From Basidiobolus meristosporus CBS 931.73 (taxonomy: Eukaryota > Fungi > Basidiobolomycota), in contig MCFE01000242.1 in assembly GCA_002104905.1 (NCBI GenBank), forward strand, positions 1 to 64,000: a DNA stretch of 64,000 bases, written 5' to 3'. The notes under the pieces are model-generated. The model did no database searches. It was not told the DNA's origin and worked only from the letters and a program-made list of their open reading frames with translations. The position numbers were made by a program, and so were the translations under genes. Shown piece after piece: positions 37,880 through 49,684 of the stretch (position 1 is its first letter; every line of letters starts with the position of its first letter).

Positions 37880-37961
37880 TATCTGCTTTAATCGCTTAGG
37901 ATATCTGGTCGAGTATCTGCTTTAATCGCTTAGGATATCTTGTCGAGTATCTGCTTTAATC
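37880..37961. repeat. Tandem repeat, period 34 bp, ~2.4 copies, holding five TATCT (AGATA) motifs
   Basis: tatctgctttaatcgcttaggatatct(g/t)gtcgag repeated at 37880, 37914 and 37948. Confidence 0.92.
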
Positions 37962-39044
37962 ATTGTTTAATCACTGGGCTTGTAATTAAGACTGTTCTGT
38001 CTAGAAAGAAGATGAAGATTGATGTCTCCAGAATGACGATTAGATTGATGTGAACGCCTTTCTGGAAATGACACGTATTCATTTTCAGCACAATTACCCG
38101 GCAGTGACTATAAGTAGAGGCCCGTCGACAGTATGGCTTATCTTCAAAACTATGCTCTGAATATCCACGTCACAGTTTACCATGGCCTTACCATAGAATC
38201 CAGAAACCTGGGTTGAATCCATCCCCCATGATATAGCCAGCTCTCTAGCCGATTATGGAACCCACGCAGCCAGCAGAAATGTCTAAAGCAGCTTGTGAAA
38301 TAACTACTTATGTAGAGTGCCCGCTATGTGCAAATTGCAACACGCAAGCAATATCACCATAATCCTTGGGCTTCATAGAAAGGTCTTTATGGCAATATTG
38401 CCAGATAGACGCCTTTAGTATATCTTTCGGTTTGTACAACGTGGCAATTCGAACCCACAGGGCAAATATGGAAAGTTTGCCAACTTTAACCACTCAATTT
38501 CACTCATCCGATATCAAAAAGGCTTAACTCGCAGGAATCGACGAATCAACGGGTCGGACTCATAATCTGACCAAATGGCAGTGTGCGCCAATCAGCACTC
38601 TCCATCCGCCAGGTGATAGCCTCTACGGTATCTAATTTGTTACACAATTCTCAATTTTCCCGTTTTATCCCATTTCTTATGGACATTTTGGTTGATTGGT
38701 AGACTTCATTTGGGGAGTAAATCTGGCACTATTCTAGCACTTGAAGGCTCATTCCAAAGAACTCTTTCGAGAAAATGCTCGCTACTGGTATGTCGCACCA
38801 GGAATATAGCTTAATATGGACTTTCTCACGATCTCCCAATGAAAATGCCTAGATTAAGGTCACAGGCATGATTTCAAGTGATCAATTGGCCATCATCATC
38901 AGGGATTGAGGCGGAAATAGAAACCTTTAAAGACCCAGAGATGTCTAACCCGAACATTCTTTAAGCATCCACTTTTTTTCTTCGCATCGCACGAAAGCCT
39001 CCATATCCCTCCTAAACCCTTGGCTTTTCGAATACTCATCATTC

Positions 39045-40744
39045 ATGGAAGACCCGAAGAAAGTTGAACATTTCGATGTGGAGTTGGACCAGGCCGCTCC
39101 CTTGGTCACCCAGAGCGAGCTACGCGCGTGGTACAGTTACTCGTGGGCGGTAAGGGCTTTGTAGGAATACTCGGTTCTTTAAAGTGTTTGAACTCATCCT
39201 GTTTTCTTAGATTGAGCCCTTCTCTGTCTCGGCCATGTCCGTTTTTATTCCTCTGATTCTTGAGTCGCTTGCTGCAGAGGCTGGATTGCAACAAGATTTG
39301 GTTTCGCCATGTGATACCTCCAAACCTGACTACGTGTGTGTGGTGAAATTCGGCAATGGATACATCGACACCAACACCTATTCTTTATATATACGTTCGT
39401 TCGCCGTTGCTGCCCAGGCTGTAGTGTTCATCAGCTGCGGCGCCATCGCTGATCATGGCAGTAAGTTGCTTCTCACAATTGCAGTTCTTGGATGACATGC
39501 TGATGGTGTTTACTCAGATTGGAGAAAGATCATGCTGCTCTTCTTCGGTATCTTGGGTTCGATTTCCGGAATCACTATGCTGGCTGCATACAAGCCTGAG
39601 CTCTACTGGGTTGTGGCCCTGACCAGCAGTGTAGCCACCATCTGCTTTGGTGCCTCTTTTCTGTTCTACTCTGCATACATCCCCACTCTCACTCGGAACC
39701 ACCAAGAGGTAGTCGAGGCACGTGCCAGCGGCGATCAAACCGAATACCACGAAGCCTCAGAGCGCATTGCCAACGGGATTTCTGGGAAGAGTATGGCTTG
39801 GGGCTACTTGGCTGGCGTGTTGGTTTTGATCATCGGGGCAATCATTGTGTACTTCTCAGGGAGCACTGTCTTTAGGTATGTTGTAGTTGCGTAAGGATGC
39901 AAGCAGAGGACGGTGACTGACTCCATTTCCTTACTTTAGTATGCAAATCGCCTGCGCATTCAGCAGTTTGTGGTGGCTGGTTTTCTGCTATCCACCTATG
40001 AAATGGCTCAAGCCTCGTCCAGGACCCCCATTGCCCAAGGGCGAGTCCTACCTGTTTTATTCGTGGAAAAAGGTCTTCAAAACCCTGTGCCATATTCCCA
40101 AGTTGGGCCAAATCTTCTTGTTCCTTCTGTGCTGGTTCTTCGTCTCCGACGCCATCAATACCATCACATCCGTCGCCATTCTTTTTGCCAAAACAACCCT
40201 CGGGATGAACTACGTCGAGCTTCTCATCGCTGGTGTAGTGGTGCCCCTTTGCGCTGGCGTTGGTAACATGATGTGGCTGTTTATTCAGCGCAAACTCCAC
40301 CTATCCACCAAGAAGATGATCATCATCATCATTTCGCTCTACATCCTATTGCCAGTCTACGGTCTGTTAGGTTTCGTGGCGCCATTTGGATTGAAGCATA
40401 AATTCGAGGCATGGATCGTGTGTGTCTGGATTGGGCTCCTTTTGGGAGCCATTCAATCCTACTGCCGCGTGATGTTCTCAGAGCTTATCCCCAAGGGAAT
40501 GGAGAATGAGCTCTTCAGTCTGTACCAAATCACCGATAAGGGATCAGCTTGGATTGGTCCCTTGATCACCGGTGCCATCACCGATGCTACCAAGGATTTG
40601 CGTTACTCGTTTTACCCACTTCTTGGTATGCTATTCTTCCCACTCCTGGTGATTTTCACCGTCAATGTGGCCAAGGGCAAGGCCCAGGCGAGACAATTCG
40701 CTGGCGACAAACCGACAAACACCCCTTCATTCGAAGAACAGTAA
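39045..40744 (+). CDS. ATG22: Vacuolar amino-acid efflux MFS transporter Atg22, multi-exon
   Basis: ELRAWYSYSWA; VVFISCGAIADHG; FLLCWFFVSDAINT; QSYCRVMFSELIPKGMENELFSLYQITDKGSAWIGP. Confidence 0.92.
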
Positions 40745-41095
40745 TCCATCTCCCTGTATATAGCTTTTAATACATTTGCATAACCGTTGGTACGGATTTC
40801 ATGGGAATTCTCGTCCTATGAATTGTAACATTAATTAATGGCATGAATGGTTATACAATCACAAAATCTCCCCCAAAGCCCAGATGGGAATAAATTTTTC
40901 ACACCCACCTCATTGGTCTTGAGTGATTTAGATGTGATGCATCAGACTGGATATGCAATCGTTCAGTTTACCCCGACTTAAACAACTTCGGGTTTCAGCT
41001 TAATGAAGTCAGCTTAGGCATTTTACATTACGCATAACTCAACCTGAATATTATAAGCGTGTGGAGGATAATTACGTGTTTGCTCAGTTAAGAAC

Positions 41096-42202
41096 ATGTC
41101 AAGCGTAGATTTGAATTCCCTGAAGAAGCTCAAAGTGGCCGAATTGAAAGAGCTTCTCACCAAAGAAGGCCTTTCGGGGACTGGGAAAAAAGAGGAGCTG
41201 TTGCAGCGCCTTTCTGAGCACTACAAAAGCAAGGGATTGGCCCAAACGGAGGAGGACGAGCTTCCTGAGCTAGCACCACCCGAGAACTTCGACTGGACCG
41301 AGTCTGGCCTAAGTAACGAGTATGTTGTCTTTTTCCCTACCCGACGCCTATCTTGTGTACGAACCTGACTGGGGATGCCGTTTCTTTTTCGCGTTTTTTA
41401 GTGCCGATCTACCACCAGAACTTCGGGGGATTCGAATGATCCAGCCATCGCTGACGCTACTGAGGATCAGCTTCCAGGAGAGTTAACACAGCCAGCCACC
41501 CCTCCTAAAGAGGACGTCAACCCACCAGCCACAACGGAACCCGTCAACAAAGACCCTTCGGAGGACAAGGAAAACGTGGAAAAAGAGGAAAAGCTTGACA
41601 CGCAGGCCAAAGAAGTAGAAGATAAGGAGAGGGAAGCGAACGTTGCCGCAGAGCTTGAGAAACGAAGACAGAGGGCACTTCGGTTTGGTATTCCTCTTTC
41701 CGAATCCACCAAAGTCGTCGAACGTGCCATGAAATTTGGCACCGCAATGCCCGATAAGAAGGAGACCAAAACCAGCCCATTGGATCTTCCCTTAGGAGAA
41801 GGTCAGCGCGATTACAGAGGTCAACAGGGTTATAGAGGCAGAGGCAGAGGTAGAGGGGGCAGATATGGACAAGCTAACCCTCGTAACAACCTGGTATGTT
41901 TCTGCAAATTCTTGGCTACGTAAGAGATTTATCGATTGACTCTGCTTCCTGCAGCAAATCGAGCCAGAGAAGTTACAGAAGCGACAAGAGAGATTTGGTA
42001 TTGTTAATAACAAAGCCGTTAGCAGCGCCCCCATCGATCCTGCGGAGGAGGAGAGAAGAAAGAAACGTGCAGAACGCTTTGGCAACATGGCTCAGGTAAT
42101 GGGACAGGAAAAACCGATAGCCACAACTCTAGGTTAACCGTTTTCTTCATTTAATAGAGCCAAGAGGTCTCCCCTTCGAAGAAACCAAAGCCAGAGGCTT
42201 AG
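41096..42202 (+). CDS. SAP-domain RNA-binding protein (Tho1/SARNP-like), multi-exon
   Basis: SAP domain LKKLKVAELKELL..GKKEELLQRL; repeated KRxxRAxRFG motifs; RGG stretch. Confidence 0.88.
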
Positions 42203-42640
42203 GTCTGGGGATATTCTGTAGTCCAATTCAGACGACAGTAGAATCTCATGTCTCTAACACTTGTTGCAGTCATAAATAGACCAGCAAGTGAAATTACTTG
42301 TAAACAAATGCCACACGAGTCAATAGAATAAACCATTTGATTGAATAGCTCTCACTCGTATGTCCGACAACCCCAGTTAGACCGAGGCAAAAAGGTATGA
42401 GAAACAGGCATAAAGAAGGGACGTTTATCTATACAAAATTTAGGACAATTTACATTGCTGGATAAATACTATAATCGCCAGCCACGTCTGGACAACGTTT
42501 CGAAAATAGATTTTTACCATGATGGACGATATGCTTGTGGGCAGCCAAGAGACCGTAGGGTTATGATGGGAAATGGTAGGGGACACGAAAAATCCAATTC
42601 TTTTGGGTGCTAAACGATAATGAAGGAGCGGAGGCGAGTG

Positions 42641-44562
42641 CTACGTTTCCGCAAATACTCTACTCCGGAAGTCATCGACATTCACTACGCTTTCGGTTTT
42701 GTTCGCGTATTCCGCAGCGGTCACATAGACGTACGAATCTGTTTTTTTAGAGTGGTTAGTGCGAAGATCGCTGCCGCGTGTCACTTTTCACAACACAATA
42801 CCCAGCATTTCATCCGCGTCGCTAGACCCATTCAATGGTCCTCCGGCGGCGATGGCTTCTACAAATCTACGTACTAGGCCATATTCACCACAGTACCGTT
42901 CTGAGGACTATCTTAGTAATGAGCCTGCAACGACAGAATGATCGGTAACCAACCATTGAATACATCTCCTCCACGAAACACATCTGGCCGGATGATCTCG
43001 CTTCGACGCGTGAGAAAGTTGAACACTCGAACTATTTGCCCGTCTCCATCAAGCTCGCCAAGATTCCCGAAAATCCTGGTGCGCCGAGGAAGGACATTTT
43101 CAGGACATGCAATGAGCGTGATGCTACAGGTTTTGTCCCCGTCAAACTCCATATTAATATTCTGCTTGGAGTAAATGGTTATGTTCACCCATGCAATAGC
43201 GTATGCTGCAAACTACCTGATGCCCATTTTCTTCGGAGGGGGAGTTCACGGCAGATGGTTGTGCCGCATCTAAAACATGTCCATGGGTGAGCGATGCACA
43301 GCTTGGCGAGGGGAGTGCCACAAACCTGAAGTGATCAGTGAGAGGATGCCGTTTTCGTCTTCCGTTTGGTTGGGAAGTGTTGTGGGTGTTGTAGTGCGGG
43401 TGATGGGGGAATCGTGGGGTACAAAGGAGCTACTCACACGTAGCATTGGTTAAAATACATCACGTTTCTATAGCAATACTAAAGGCTAGATACTTGTTGT
43501 CAAGCTGGCTGGGTTGCGAGAAAAAGCACCCGAACGAGCTGATGATGCGACATCTCCGCCCCATAAACCATGCCACCAAATCTACATCCGACAGACTATT
43601 GGCAAGCATAGAGCTAGACTCCCTCCTATATTTTCGGGAAAATATTCCTGAATCCTGTTGCTTAGGTTAAAACTACCATCCTTCAAGGTGATGGGTACGG
43701 GGGGTTCCTTACGGCGCATTGTAATCGAAATGCTCCAAGTGGAGCAACATGCTGGATATTCATGACTTCTCCGATGGTTCCAGAGTCAATGATGCGTTTG
43801 ATGGTAAGGTTGTATGCGGAGTAACGCAGAGTATTTCCCATGGCAAAGATCACCTATGACCTTTCTTAATGACAATTGACGAACCGGTTTTGGCAGTAGG
43901 GATTTACCTGATTGCGAAGTGCAGAATCTGCCAATCTCTTACACGTCTGCAAACTTAAGGTAACCGGGGATTCTAGCAGAATGTGGTAGCGTTTCTCCGC
44001 AAAAACTTCTCGACAGAACATACGGCCTTTTAGACAGTTGAAACAGAAAATCTTTGCAAAGTGCTACGCACCGACTATATGCTTGTCTCTTAGTCTGTCA
44101 CCGACCGAGGTGATTATCACTGCATCTGCGAGTTTCGGTTTGGAGGATAGCTGGTGAGGGATTAGCTGGCGCTTCCTTTTGTACCATATGAGATATTGGT
44201 TCACCTCTCTCCAATCTGAGAAAGTCATTTCAGGAGGGATGGCATGGCGCTACGGAATTCATTCATAAGTCCAGGAAAACTGCTGCCTGTCTGCATATCA
44301 TACCTGCGCTAAATTGTACCGACGGAAATCCGTGGGACAAGCCAAAGCCACTAATTTCATGAGGTGCTGGTTCTGAAGAGCAAAGCTTGCACAAAGCGAG
44401 CCCCTGTTGCAAGGAACGACAAAGGATTTTAGTGGGTATGACTAAACTGTTCATGGCAAACCTGGCCCACTTTCAGCCTAACCACCAACCTATTTCCAGC
44501 CCCAACAACGCATACACTTATTGCTCTACTACTACTTGGAGGCGTGTTGGGGGCAGGGGCAT
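42641..44562 (-). CDS. GFO/IDH/MocA-family (NAD-binding Rossmann) oxidoreductase-like protein of ~11-12 small exons, with catalytic motifs substituted
   Basis: Spliced translation: ISVCVVGAGNR|GSLCASFAL..|RHAIPPEMTFSDWRE|LSSKPKLADAVII..YHILLESP..|VIFAMGNTLRYSAYN..IIDSGTIGEVMNIQH..|..NSLSDVDLVAWFMG..IISSFG..|NINMEF..RRTRIFG..|..GEYGLVRRFVEAI..|SYVYVTAAE..*. Start codon unresolved. Confidence 0.85.
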
Positions 44563-45012
44563 TGGAATAAGCCGATTGGCTTGAGGGGAATGTATAAGAT
44601 GGCTCCAGTTTGAATGTACAGGTGATACAAAGCAGGCAGTGCTTTGCAGAAGTTCAAAATGGAAGTGGGTCTAACGTAATAAATCAGAATAGGACCAGTA
44701 GTCAAGTAAACGAAACAAAAAATTCAATATTTAAAAGATAAGCCTTTAAGTTGTGACTCGTTGTTAATAAAACTACATGCGCGGTGATTCTCAACTAATC
44801 ACAACAAGGTGGGTGATGGAATATCAGTCATAAATCATCGGTAAATTGAGGCCAACAATCTCTAGATTCCCAATGGCTAGGTAGACTCGTGATGAAGATC
44901 TAGAGTTCCCTGGGACATTCCACATAGAGCATTCGAAACATAGGACACAATATTCATTGAGTAGATACATCGAACAAACAATTTCAGCCGTTTCAGAAGA
45001 TGGGTTCATGAG

Positions 45013-47588
45013 TTATGGAATATGTGAGCGGCAATCCCGAGCTATATGACCAGCCTAGAACAATGGTGTAAGGTTAGTGAAGGCTGCATTTCGTCACAGG
45101 CAGTAATACGTACATTGCCGCATCGAAAGCATCCCACGGGCTCTTGTGAGCTGGGCACATCCATGCGGCTGTAAGTGTAGCTTCGAGTTCGACGATAGCT
45201 CTCGAAAGCATCCCCTGATCGCCTGTTTCGCTCACCGTGGCCAAGTCCGGAATACTTCACATCGCCAATAGGGTGGGGCTCGTGTAAGTTACGACTAGAT
45301 GGTTTAGATCCTGACTGCTCGTCCCAGCCTAAAAGAACAAATTAGCTGTACGGTATCAATGAAGGTGCTAACCATTCGTCTTACCTAGCTTCTGAAGCAA
45401 CTGGTATCCCACATTGTGCTCGGAAATGGGTGCATCAACTCTAGAACGAGATCTGGAGCGTGATCTTGACTTGGATCGAGATGCAGAGCGTGTATAGCCT
45501 CTTTTGCCATTTCTGTGTCTATTTCGATATGGACTTCTACTCCTACTTCGCCCGCGTCCTCGGCTTCTGCTACGACTTCGACTATAATGGCTGATACGAC
45601 TCCGTCCAGGGTGCTGATAATAGTGTCGGTCCTCTTGATCAGAGACACTGGATGAAGATCGGTTCTGTTTGCCTGAACGATAACTACCTCTGCTGCGACT
45701 GCGACTGCGACTAGACGAGCTGCCACAGGATGAGCGTGATCTTGATCGGTATTTATTTCGACCTCTTGAATAGGAGGCTTCGGTTCGAGAGCGATGGGGG
45801 TCGTGGAGGCTGGGCGACTTTTTCTTGTGAAGCATCTCTTCTGCATTTCGATAATAATCATCGAGTAACCCTAACTTCCAGCCTTCGGAATCGAAGGTAC
45901 CTCTGTGGCTTTGAATCACAGATGTGTCGCCTTCTGTCATTTCCGATAGCTCCTTATAGAATTCATCAACCGCTGTATATGTATCGGAGGGGATGTGTGT
46001 CGGCATAGTAAACGATTTCAACAATGCCACTTTAATAGGAATATACGCGCCGTTCGTAAGCTAGTGATGCAATGATTAGAGGACTCAGCTAGAAATAGCT
46101 CTAGGTAGAACTTACTTGAACTTGAGGTATCATCGAACTGGATGGAAGCTCATAATACTTCTTAGGTGCGATATTGCTCCTCAGTTGAGCGCTTGAGGAC
46201 ACAGGCTGAGTGGCGGCTTCTGGGATATGCGGTCGACGATATGAACCAGCAGAAGGGGCAGCATTGTGAGGCTTGGGTAACGATGGTCTGGTTCCCAAGG
46301 GAAACGGTTGAACCTGGGCAGGAGTGAATCCAGATGACACAGGGAGAGGGCCGTGAGGGATAGGTATTGTTAGGCCACTCCTAAGGGTGTGGATTACAGA
46401 GAGTTCGAAATAGCTTTTGTCTTCCCAGATTGCAAGAACCTATTGATCGTGCTCATTGACTTAAGTTCGACTGATCCTCGAATTAACGCTTCGGTTGATT
46501 CTACTGATGGACTTGTAATCATACCTTCATTACTTTTTCTTTTTGCGCATCAGTTGCATTTGGAATGTAATATGCGGCTCTCAAAATGGAGACTAGGTGC
46601 GGGTACAACGCATCCTTAATCCAGGCCATTCGTCTGCGGATGCTGTCATGGTGTTAACGGTTGGTTTTCAATGTTTTCTACAGTAACTGACTGACCTGTG
46701 AAAAAGCATATCATTGACCAAGTAAAGGATATGCAACCTTGGCTCAAAGTTATCCCGAGTCAGCGACGAATGCAACAGATACTGTGCTAAACAATCAATG
46801 TGCGGCGCGCTGACACAATTGTCAAATATCCAGGACCTCCCATGCTACATATGGCGTGTAAATGGATTGTGCAAGAATCCGGCGCAGATGGTTGGCATTC
46901 TTACTTGGATATGGATCTGTGAGCAATCTTTTATGATTGCCCCTAACAACTCTGAAATTCTCTCTGCTTTACTCGCGCCGAGTAATCGTGATAGATTGTC
47001 AAAAGAAGCAGAGGATTCGACACGCGGGCTAGGCGGAACTTGAGGATTTCCCACATACGAGTGAGGGGTCATGGTAAAATTCGACGCATCTATTTTGTAG
47101 TACTCCAATTAGTAATCACCAAGAGTAAAAACCGCTTAATTATGCGACATACTGTGTTGAGGCTCACCGAAACGCTGCTTAAGCAGCTGGATCTTCCATT
47201 GAAAATAATGAAAGTATTGACCGTCTGGTCGCATAAAACTATACTTTGGATTGCCAAATTGTCTTTGCATAACCTAGTTCGGTGAAGATTTTTCGGGTAT
47301 TGAAATGAATTCATTCGAGCTCACGTTAATCGACTTTCTTTCCGAAACAACAAAATTTCGATGTGTTGTGAACAAGCGTATGTACCATTTGCGCCAAAGC
47401 TGGATTTTTCACAGTCTGTTCAGCCAATTTATCAATGACAAGCAACTCATCGGGATCTGCGATACAAAGCATACAATGCGTTATATTAGATGTCATATCT
47501 GAGCTATATTGATAAAATGCAGCCTACTCTGAGGACAAGGTGGTGTCGGCGTGGGATAGTGTAGATTTCTATCTGGTAGATCCATCAT
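45013..47588 (-). CDS. CHERP-like splicing factor: SURP, CID, RS-rich region, G-patch and C-terminal CCHC zinc knuckle
   Basis: SURP-like ELLVIDKLAEQ; RS tract; G-patch PISEHNVGYQLLQKLGW; DAFESYRRTRSY; CFRCGNAGHIARDC. Confidence 0.8.
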
Positions 47589-47894
47589 TTACCACCTTGA
47601 TTTTCTAACTTGAAGAAATACACTTTACTGGAGAAACTTCGAAGATAAAAGCTTGTAGGGAATTTGAGAGGTTACATAGGATAATTTAAATATAAACAAT
47701 TCATGATAGCTTTGCATTTGGATTAATCAAGAAATAAATATACTGTCCGTAGTCATAAATCTGAATAAATCAAATAAAAGAGACTAACCCTTTGATCAGA
47801 TGATTGCTTACCAATCTCTTCGCGTTTCGAGTGTTCAATAGAGAAGTTCTACATATAGAAAGTTGTTGTCCGACCATCCAGATCTAATAGCTCT

Positions 47895-49399
47895 ATGAGT
47901 AATAATTCAACGTAAGTATACTTCGAAGATGCACAAAAACATCGTATTGACCTGATACTTATGGCTGCAGTCCAAAAGCAAGCGATCTTTCCGAAAGAAA
48001 TGGCGACAGATCAAATGCTTACCTGAAAATTGTCGTGGGGTGCAAGGTATTTGTTGAGAAACAAATGGGGCCCACCGATGTACAGTACCGGAAAGCGGAG
48101 ATATTGTCTGTCCGAGAAGCGTTGGATCACTCAAAAACAGAATATTATGTGCATTACTGCGAATTCAACAAAAGACTCGATGAATGGGTTCCGGCACACC
48201 GCTTAAATCTTGACAAAGAAATAGAATATCCTAAACAGAGAAGGGGAAAACATACACTAAGTGGGCTGGATTCCACGAAGAAGCAGCGCCGAATCTCAAA
48301 GTTGACTCCTCTTAGGGATCGTGAAGGAAAACTGACACCAAGAAGAGAAAATTATTTCGACAGCTCCTTGTTCGACAGCCCAATATCCTCACCTGCAACC
48401 ACCAATGACAAGCTGACCGAAGAAGCAGAGCATGTGGATGATGAGACTGACGAACATAAAGGACAAGCTACAGACACCTTCTCCAAAGAAAAGGAGATCG
48501 AGAAGCTTCGAACATCCGGGTCTATGACTCAATGCGTCAATGAGATTTCGCGTGTAAAGAATCTAAACAAGATCCAAATGGGAATCCATGAGATAGAGGC
48601 TTGGTACTTCTCACCATATCCAGAAGAGTATGCCCATGCAGAATTGATATATATCTGCGAGTTCTGTCTCTCCTACTTTCTTTCGTCGAAATCGTTTACT
48701 CGCCATCGCGCCAAGTGCACCCTTCTCCATCCACCTGGCAACGAAATCTACCGGTACGAGGGGATTTCGTTCTTTGAGATTGACGGGCGCAAGCAAAGAA
48801 CCTATTGCCGCAACTTGTCTCTCCTCTCCAAGATGTTTCTCGATCACAAAACGCTGTATTACGATGTCGATCCTTTCTTGTTCTACATCATGACCAAAAA
48901 TGATGAATACGGGGCACATATCCTCGGATACTTCTCGAAAGAGAAAGAGTCGCTCGAAGGGTATAATCTAGCGTGTATCTTAACCTTACCGCAGCATCAG
49001 CGTATGGGATATGGCAAGCTGCTGATAGCCTTCTCGTATGAACTCTCGAAGATCGAAGGAAGAATCGGCTCTCCTGAAAAGCCGCTGTCCGATCTTGGTT
49101 TGCTAAGTTATCGCGCATACTGGGCAGAGACCATCGTCGAAAAACTAATCGATTTTCGGGGAGAGATCACTCTGGAAGAGCTTTCCCACGCAACTGGAAT
49201 CACTGTCCAAGACATCTTGCACACACTGCAAACGATCGATGCCCTCAAGTACTATCGGGGGCAGCATATTATCTGTTTGAGCACCAAAACAGTGGAGCAG
49301 TACGAACGTAGCAACCAGAAGAAACGACGCAAAATCGATGCCACTGCGCTGAAGTGGACGCCGCCGATCTTTACCCCTGCGCAGCTACGTTATCTCTGA
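47895..49399 (+). CDS. ESA1: MYST histone acetyltransferase Esa1/Tip60, 2 exons
   Basis: Tudor-knot YYVHYCEFNKRLDEWV; WYFSPYPEEY; C2HC finger; YNLACILTLPQHQRMGYGKLLI; GSPEKPLSDLGLLSY. Confidence 0.97.
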
Positions 49400-49684
49400 G
49401 CTACTAATTTTGCATCGCCTTGGCAGTTTAATATCCTTCAACATACTTTTATATATATATGTATAGTGCTTTTTGCGCATTCACTTGTACAATTCCTTGC
49501 ACGTCAAGTGTGATTTGATTTTCAGTAAATCCCTCTGCAGCATGAGTTTCTTGTCATATTACGATGTTTGGTGGGGCTTCGTGTCGATTTGCATTAGTTT
49601 TATTTGTTCTGCTTTGAAATTCAATAAGGATAGGTGTATGGAAACAAACGTTGTCTTGCGTGACATCTATCATGATGTCTCTAT

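Noticed and set aside
45385-45861. 158-aa alternative-frame ORF in the RS region
   Set aside because: Frame shadow of low-complexity Arg/Ser codons.
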